Part shown: positions 36,577-41,902 of the stretch, piece after piece
Layout: each line of letters opens with the position of its first letter
Position numbering within the stretch: the stretch's first letter is position 1
Source: Seison nebaliae
Taxonomy: Eukaryota
Assembly: GCA_023231475.1 (NCBI GenBank)
Contig: JALJEE010001086.1
Coordinates: forward strand, 1 to 41,902
Direction of reading: 5' to 3'
DNA length: 41,902 bases
Position numbers and translations under genes: made by a program
Notes under the pieces: generated by a model
The model's database searches: none
What the model was told of the DNA's origin: nothing
Seen by the model: the letters and a program-made list of their open reading frames with translations, nothing else

Positions 36577-37883
36577 GATAATGGTGAACAATTTAAAGAC
36601 TAAAAAATATTACATGAAGAAGGATAAGTTCGTCAGCTAAAGTTTTGAGAGAAAAAAAGTCTTTAAAATTCTTGGAAATTAAAATGCAATCATTGAATTT
36701 TCTTCTACCCAATCAGTTTTATAACATGGAGAACATCACTTACTGGTAAGACGGTAACGAACAAGAAACTATTTTCGGAGCGGATTTTGAAATGTTAAAA
36801 TTAATTGCGAAAATTAAAAATGTGAATTGATTAAAATTTCTGTTTTCCATCAAGGACGAATTCTTAATTTAGCATAGTCGCTCTGCTTTTTTGTAAACTT
36901 TCAATTTGAGCATTATTAATTTACATTTTGGTAACAAATTTATCCTATTAGATGACTTGGTACCGAAAGCAAATTTTAATTCATTAGATTTATTGTTTCC
37001 TATAAGAAATTTTGAATTATGTTAACAAATTACCATTTTCTGTGAAAGTTGCTTCTTCAATTTTTTATTTATCTCTTTGATTTTTGAAACTCCCACATGG
37101 ATATACGTAATATGTATGTTGTAATATTAATTAATTGCATGATAAACTCTTCAAAGACACAAAAAATAAAGGGCTTAAAAATTGAATTCTATTAGGTTCA
37201 TGATCCTTTTTATCATTCTGAATTAAAATATTCAAATGAAAAATTTTACACGTTCAACTTTATCTTACAAGTTTAATTATAAATATGTTCATTTTTTTAT
37301 AATTTTCTTATTTAATAATTATATCTCTCTTTCTTAATGATTGATAGTTGTAGGAAAATGTGATGTGTACGATATCTATGGAATATAAAGGATGTTATGT
37401 ACATACATATCTTGAGATAAATAAGGAATATTAATGATTTCTATATAGGATTTAAATAATTATATTTTAAAAAATTATACCACAGTTTGAGAGCACGTGT
37501 AAATTTTTGATTTTCCAAACATTAATTTTTTGAAGATAGCTTAATATTTGAAATTAATGCCTTTGTCTATTGCTGTACAATGTGGTTATGGTTCATTTGT
37601 TTCAAGTAAGATATATTTGTGGTCCATGAAAGATTGTTAATATGATTTACATGTAGTCAAACGTTTATTTTTACAGTGGCACATTTGTCTATAAATCTCG
37701 AAGTATTATATTCATTATTTCACTTAAAGATAAGTTGGTCGATTGGTTAGATGCGCGCAATTTATTCTTTTATTTGAAATGATGTTTATTTTTGAGTGAT
37801 GTGCGGCCAAATTTCTGTATTACGCCTTCCCCATTACTCACGAACGATCTAATGATTTGTATCTTTTATTCATTTTTCGACAG

Positions 37884-37919
37884 AAAAAAAAAAAAAAATT
37901 TAAAAAAAATCCAAAAAAA
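37884..37919 (+). promoter_or_regulatory. Oligo(A) tract in the PABP 5' leader (candidate autoregulatory sequence)
   Basis: A15-TTT-A8-TCC-A7 ending 45 nt upstream of the ATG, directly after a pyrimidine-rich CAG acceptor-like site at 37881-37883. Confidence 0.55.
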
Positions 37920-37964
37920 TCTTACACATTTTAGTGGCTAATTTGAAACAATATTCAACATATC

Positions 37965-39893
37965 ATGTCTTCTCAAATATCGAATGGAACAGGTGCAGTA
38001 GATCCCCCGAAAGCAGCCAATGCAAATCCCACGTTTAGGGCTCGCAACATGGCTGCATTGTATGTGTCGAATTTAAGTGAAAATGTTAAAGAGACGGAAC
38101 TTCATGGAATCTTTCATAAATATGGTCGACCAGAATCGGTTCGATTATGTCGCGATGCAGCCGGCAAATCATTGGGATATGGTTATGTCAACTACTTATC
38201 GGAATCGCAAGGTATTCTTTTTCTAAGAATTTCGTTTCATTTCTTTCTCTCTCTCCCACCCTTTTCTAGCAAGCGAAGCGATGTCTTCTCTCAATTTCAC
38301 TGTTCATTTTGGAAAGGAAATCCGAATCATGTGGAGTCAACCGAATCAGCAAATTCGCAAGAATGGAGTTGGAAATTTAATAATTCGCAACTTGCCCAAG
38401 ACGATGACGAACATTCAATTATATCATACTTTCAGAAAGTTTGGTACGATCATGTCTTGTCGAATTATGATGGATGAGAACAATGAATCTCGTGGTTATG
38501 GATATGTTCATTATACAGTGGAAGAAGATGCGAATAAAGTGATTGAGACAGTCAATGGAAAGACGATTGAGAAATGTGTGATAAAAGTCTCGAAATTCGT
38601 CCCTAAAGAAAAGAGGAAATCTGTAGAGAATCATTTCAACAATGTTTATGTGAAGAATTTCAAGGATGGATTAGATAGTGAGAGTCTCGCTAATCTCTTT
38701 TCCAAATTCGGTCCGATCACTCGAGCTAAAGTCATGAATGATGACGAAGGTCGAAGTAAAGGATTCGGTTTCGTTTGCTTCGAGAAATGGGAAAGTGCCG
38801 AACAGGCAGTTGAACAAATGAATAAATATATGTTGGAAGTGAAAGATACAACAGCGGTTAATGGAGAACCGAAAGTTCTACGATACGAATTATTCGTTGG
38901 AAAAGCGATGAAGAAAGCTGATCGTGAAGCGGCATTGAAGAAACAACATGCTCATTCGAAAGGCAATGGAATCACTTTATTAGTAAGATACATCAATGAA
39001 CAGGTCACTCAGAAACAAGTGCAGGATTATTTTTCGAAAATTGGTAAATTGAGTTCAGTGAATCTTCAAATGGATTCCAATGCTAAGACACAAAATGGTT
39101 TTATTGTTTACGAGAATCGAGAGAATGCCATTGATGCAATGGAACAGTTAAGTGGTACAACATTGGGAGGAAGTACAATTTATATTGTTGTTCAAAAATC
39201 GGATGAAATTAATGAATTAACACGACAACAACAAATGATGTATGGACGTCCACCATATTATCAGAACGGTAATGTGTTCACATCCGGAATTCCCAATATG
39301 CCACCGACATTTGTTGTGCCACCGGGAAATTATCGATTCCCTAATCCACGACCACAATGTTAGAGATTTGTTTTAAGTTTTTCATTAATTATTTTATTTA
39401 GACGCAATGACTCGAAACGATCAAGCTTTCCGACAAGGTAACGGACAAGTTCCGTCGATGGTGGTCAACAATGCAAACATGTCGTCGATGCCATATGGAA
39501 TGAGAGGTGGTATGACAAACCAACCTAACCAAGCCAGAAGTTAATTACTAGAAATAATTGAACAATTTTCTAAATAAATAAATTTCTATTAAAACTCCAT
39601 TTTTATGTTGACAATTGTCATTGTTATGTTCTCAATTTCTGTTTGGAACGAATCAACTTCTACCACACCATTTAGTCAGCGTTCAACCAAACATTCATCC
39701 CTATTCGGTTAACAATCTAAACGAACAAGGGCGAAGACCGATTGATCAGATTATTAGCCGAATTATGAATGAAGCGGGACCGATAAACCAAGAAATGATG
39801 GTAAAAATCACTAATAAGTGTGTAGGCATGAAAGCAGAGGAGTTTGAAGATCCAAAATTCTATCAAGAACTCATGAATGACATTAAAAAATGA
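37965..39893 (+). CDS. PABPC: Divergent cytoplasmic poly(A)-binding protein (four RRMs, Q/P/M linker, degenerate MLLE)
   Basis: SLGYGYVNY, IRIMWSQ, GVGNLIIRNL, SRGYGYVHY, FNNVYVKNF and SKGFGFVCF are PABPC signatures. Introns 38212-38269, 39359-39401 and 39540-39675. Confidence 0.9.
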
Positions 39894-40773
39894 ATCGAGA
39901 CTCCAGGAAATCGATAGACATATTGAAAGATTTCATTTTCCACATCCTATGAATTCCAGAAATAATATTCTTTCCCGTCATTTACTTAATTTGTTCCTCT
40001 TTATCTTTTTTTGCTGAAGATTTCTTTCATTAATCTAACACTTTTTTCTAACATCGATCTATCTCTATACCTAATAATCATCAATCATTCTCCTGATTGA
40101 TTATTCTTTTTCCTCTTTTTCTCATTCTTCCTCTTCTTTGTCATCATTTTTCCAATTCACTATAATTTTGAATGGACATTCTCCCTCTACCTTTCCCAAC
40201 AAACTAACCAATTAACCATTGTCTCATTATCATCAAATGAATGATGTATCTGACAAGATTTATTGGTTTCTTTTCAAATTTTTATTCTTTTCATTGTTGT
40301 CTCTAAACAATTCTTCTATATTTTCAAAAATCATTATTAGCCACTAAATTTTTCTTCATCTCAATTCATTCTCCAATTATCAATTATTCACTCAACATTA
40401 AATGATTTCACCAATTTAAGAACACAGATTGAACCACTATTAGGCTACTGTATTCAGACAACAATTGGCTAATTCTTGTCATGTGCGGAACATTCGCCAA
40501 GAGGGCATAATAAATTTTGAATTTTAAGTGAAATATGATTCCTTATCAGAAGATGCTCTTTGTTTTATTACCACCATAACGTTACTTGTTTCCAATTTTA
40601 CAATAAGACGTAGTTCAACTGAATAAAAAAGCCATATCAGTAAAATATAATTTTAAAAAAAAATGAACATCATTTAACATTTATCATTTCAAACGATTCT
40701 TGTTAAACGAGCCAGGTTTCGACCTTTAGTTTGTAGAATGTTAAATGATTTCCATACCGGACTAACTGATTAA

Positions 40774-41360
40774 TTATATCTTACAAGCAAAAAACGATAT
40801 TTTAGCACACGCTTTTAAAGGAAAACGCTCTTCCACAATGTGATTTGAGGTCCGAACATTGTGAGTGATAGACACCTCTTCAGAATTAACAATGGAAACA
40901 TTGTACAGAAGATCCGTTATACTTACATTAAAGAAACGATATTGCCGTTTGATTTGACACCTGGATCTCCTGGATACATGGACGATTGTTTTCATTTAGC
41001 AGCTTGAAATTTCAAAAATTTGATTTCCTATAGGAAAAGATTAACTCTAATCCTCCACACACAGAGATTCCTAAACCTAAAAGCAAACGACCGAGAATTG
41101 TACTTCTACGAACACCGAAATTAATAGCCGGTTGCCAATGACGAGACGGATTCATAACAGAGATGATAAACAAATCTCAGAAAAGGAGCGTCGATATTAT
41201 AAAGGCGTAAATAATTTAGAGGGAATGAAACGTCAAAAGCTTTAGAAGCATCAAGAAAAAGAAGATTTAGAAAAACCTTCTGTTCTTTAGCGTAAGAAAT
41301 AATGAAGCGAAAAGGGGCGTGCTTAGCGCAGTGGTCTACGCACGTTCCACGCATATTTGC
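40774..41360 (-). mobile_element. Decayed non-LTR retrotransposon (LINE) reverse transcriptase fragment
   Basis: RFIISYAKEQKVFLNLLFLDASKAFDVS...LRLYNIDAPFLRFVYHL matches the LINE RT region around the (F/L)D..KAFD motif. Stops and frameshifts follow and no YADD motif is visible. The left boundary is uncertain. Confidence 0.7.
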
Positions 41361-41539
41361 GAAATAACGTACCCTGCAGCTCGATAGAGTCATATTGGGG
41401 CGTGCGTAACACAGTGGTTTATGCACGTTCCCAAAGCCACAACGATGGGACATACGTCTCACTGAGATCTCCTACCACTGACCGTACAGGAGATCGATCA
41501 GAAAATTTATCCCGACGGGAATTTAACTTAAAAAAAAAA
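41314..41539 (+). ncRNA. Candidate structured RNA element (duplicated hairpin, several further stems, terminal A10)
   Basis: 35-nt imperfect direct repeat at 41314-41348/41397-41431, each copy folding as a 13-bp stem. An 8-bp perfect stem at 41466-41473/41488-41495. G-T pairs favour the + strand. Transcription is not shown. Confidence 0.5.
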
Positions 41540-41902
41540 GAATGTGGCAATGGTATAATTTAGTAGATTGTCAACCAATTTTAACATTAAAGATGAGATT
41601 CATATCGAACGACTGGAATTTAGAAAGAGGAATCTAGTTTCGCCTTTTTTTAATTTTTAATTTTAATTTCCTTTCCTGCATATCGGATACTTCCCTTGTG
41701 AGAGATGTATCGTTTGTAATCAAGAGAAATCGAAAATCTTAACAGACATTTCTCTTCCTTCCATGGATGGGGATATGAAAAACTGATTCACTACATAAAT
41801 CTATAATAAATATAATAATAAAAATATAATAAAATAATATAATAAGAATATAAATAAAAAACTAATCTGCTTCGTCCAATAATAATTCTTCATTTTTCTC
41901 CA

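Noticed and set aside
40700..40770. GGTCGAAACC on the - strand resembling a tRNA T-loop
   Set aside because: No acceptor, D or anticodon stems can be built.
41321..41334. GCTTAGCGCAGTGG resembles the 5' end of U4 snRNA and a tRNA A-box
   Set aside because: Downstream sequence has no U4 stem I, kink-turn or Sm site and no B-box or cloverleaf.
41314..41431. Repeat-spacer-repeat (35 nt / 48 nt) resembling a mini CRISPR array
   Set aside because: Only two imperfect copies, eukaryotic context, no cas genes; treated as a structured element instead.

Overview
AT-rich, very compact animal genomic DNA with no prokaryotic features. By hand I could assemble 17 protein-coding gene models with 51 GT-AG introns, almost all 38-79 nt long. 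In order: a poly-Thr mucin-like membrane protein (5'-truncated), a divergent Nramp/SLC11, four paralogous secreted proteins with a divergent CUB-like domain, RPL22, OGT, a large single-exon membrane mucin, a Ly6/Quiver-type protein, a signal-peptide-bearing protein kinase, CHMP6, a PLAT-mucin membrane protein, an LRR-less LRCH-like CH protein, an orphan secreted protein, MIC26/27 and a divergent PABPC. A decayed LINE RT fragment abuts a GC-rich structured element near the right end. The style fits a miniaturised invertebrate genome (for example a gnathiferan/rotifer relative), but the species cannot be determined from this window. Strongest signals: (1) 48 of 51 inferred 5' splice sites start GTT and none is GTAAG, while perfect GTAAGT sites sit apparently unused inside exons. 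(2) The one long OGT intron is at the exact position of the vertebrate O-GlcNAc-responsive detained intron 4 and holds candidate poison micro-exons with GTAAGA donors plus a hairpin. (3) A multi-hairpin element at 41314-41539 has a duplicated stem with a compensatory change and a 7-nt loop-loop complement. (4) A secreted kinase with intact catalytic motifs, a Met-less Nramp, and an unfamiliar xTLPxG repeat family. All gene models are manual and need RNA-seq confirmation.
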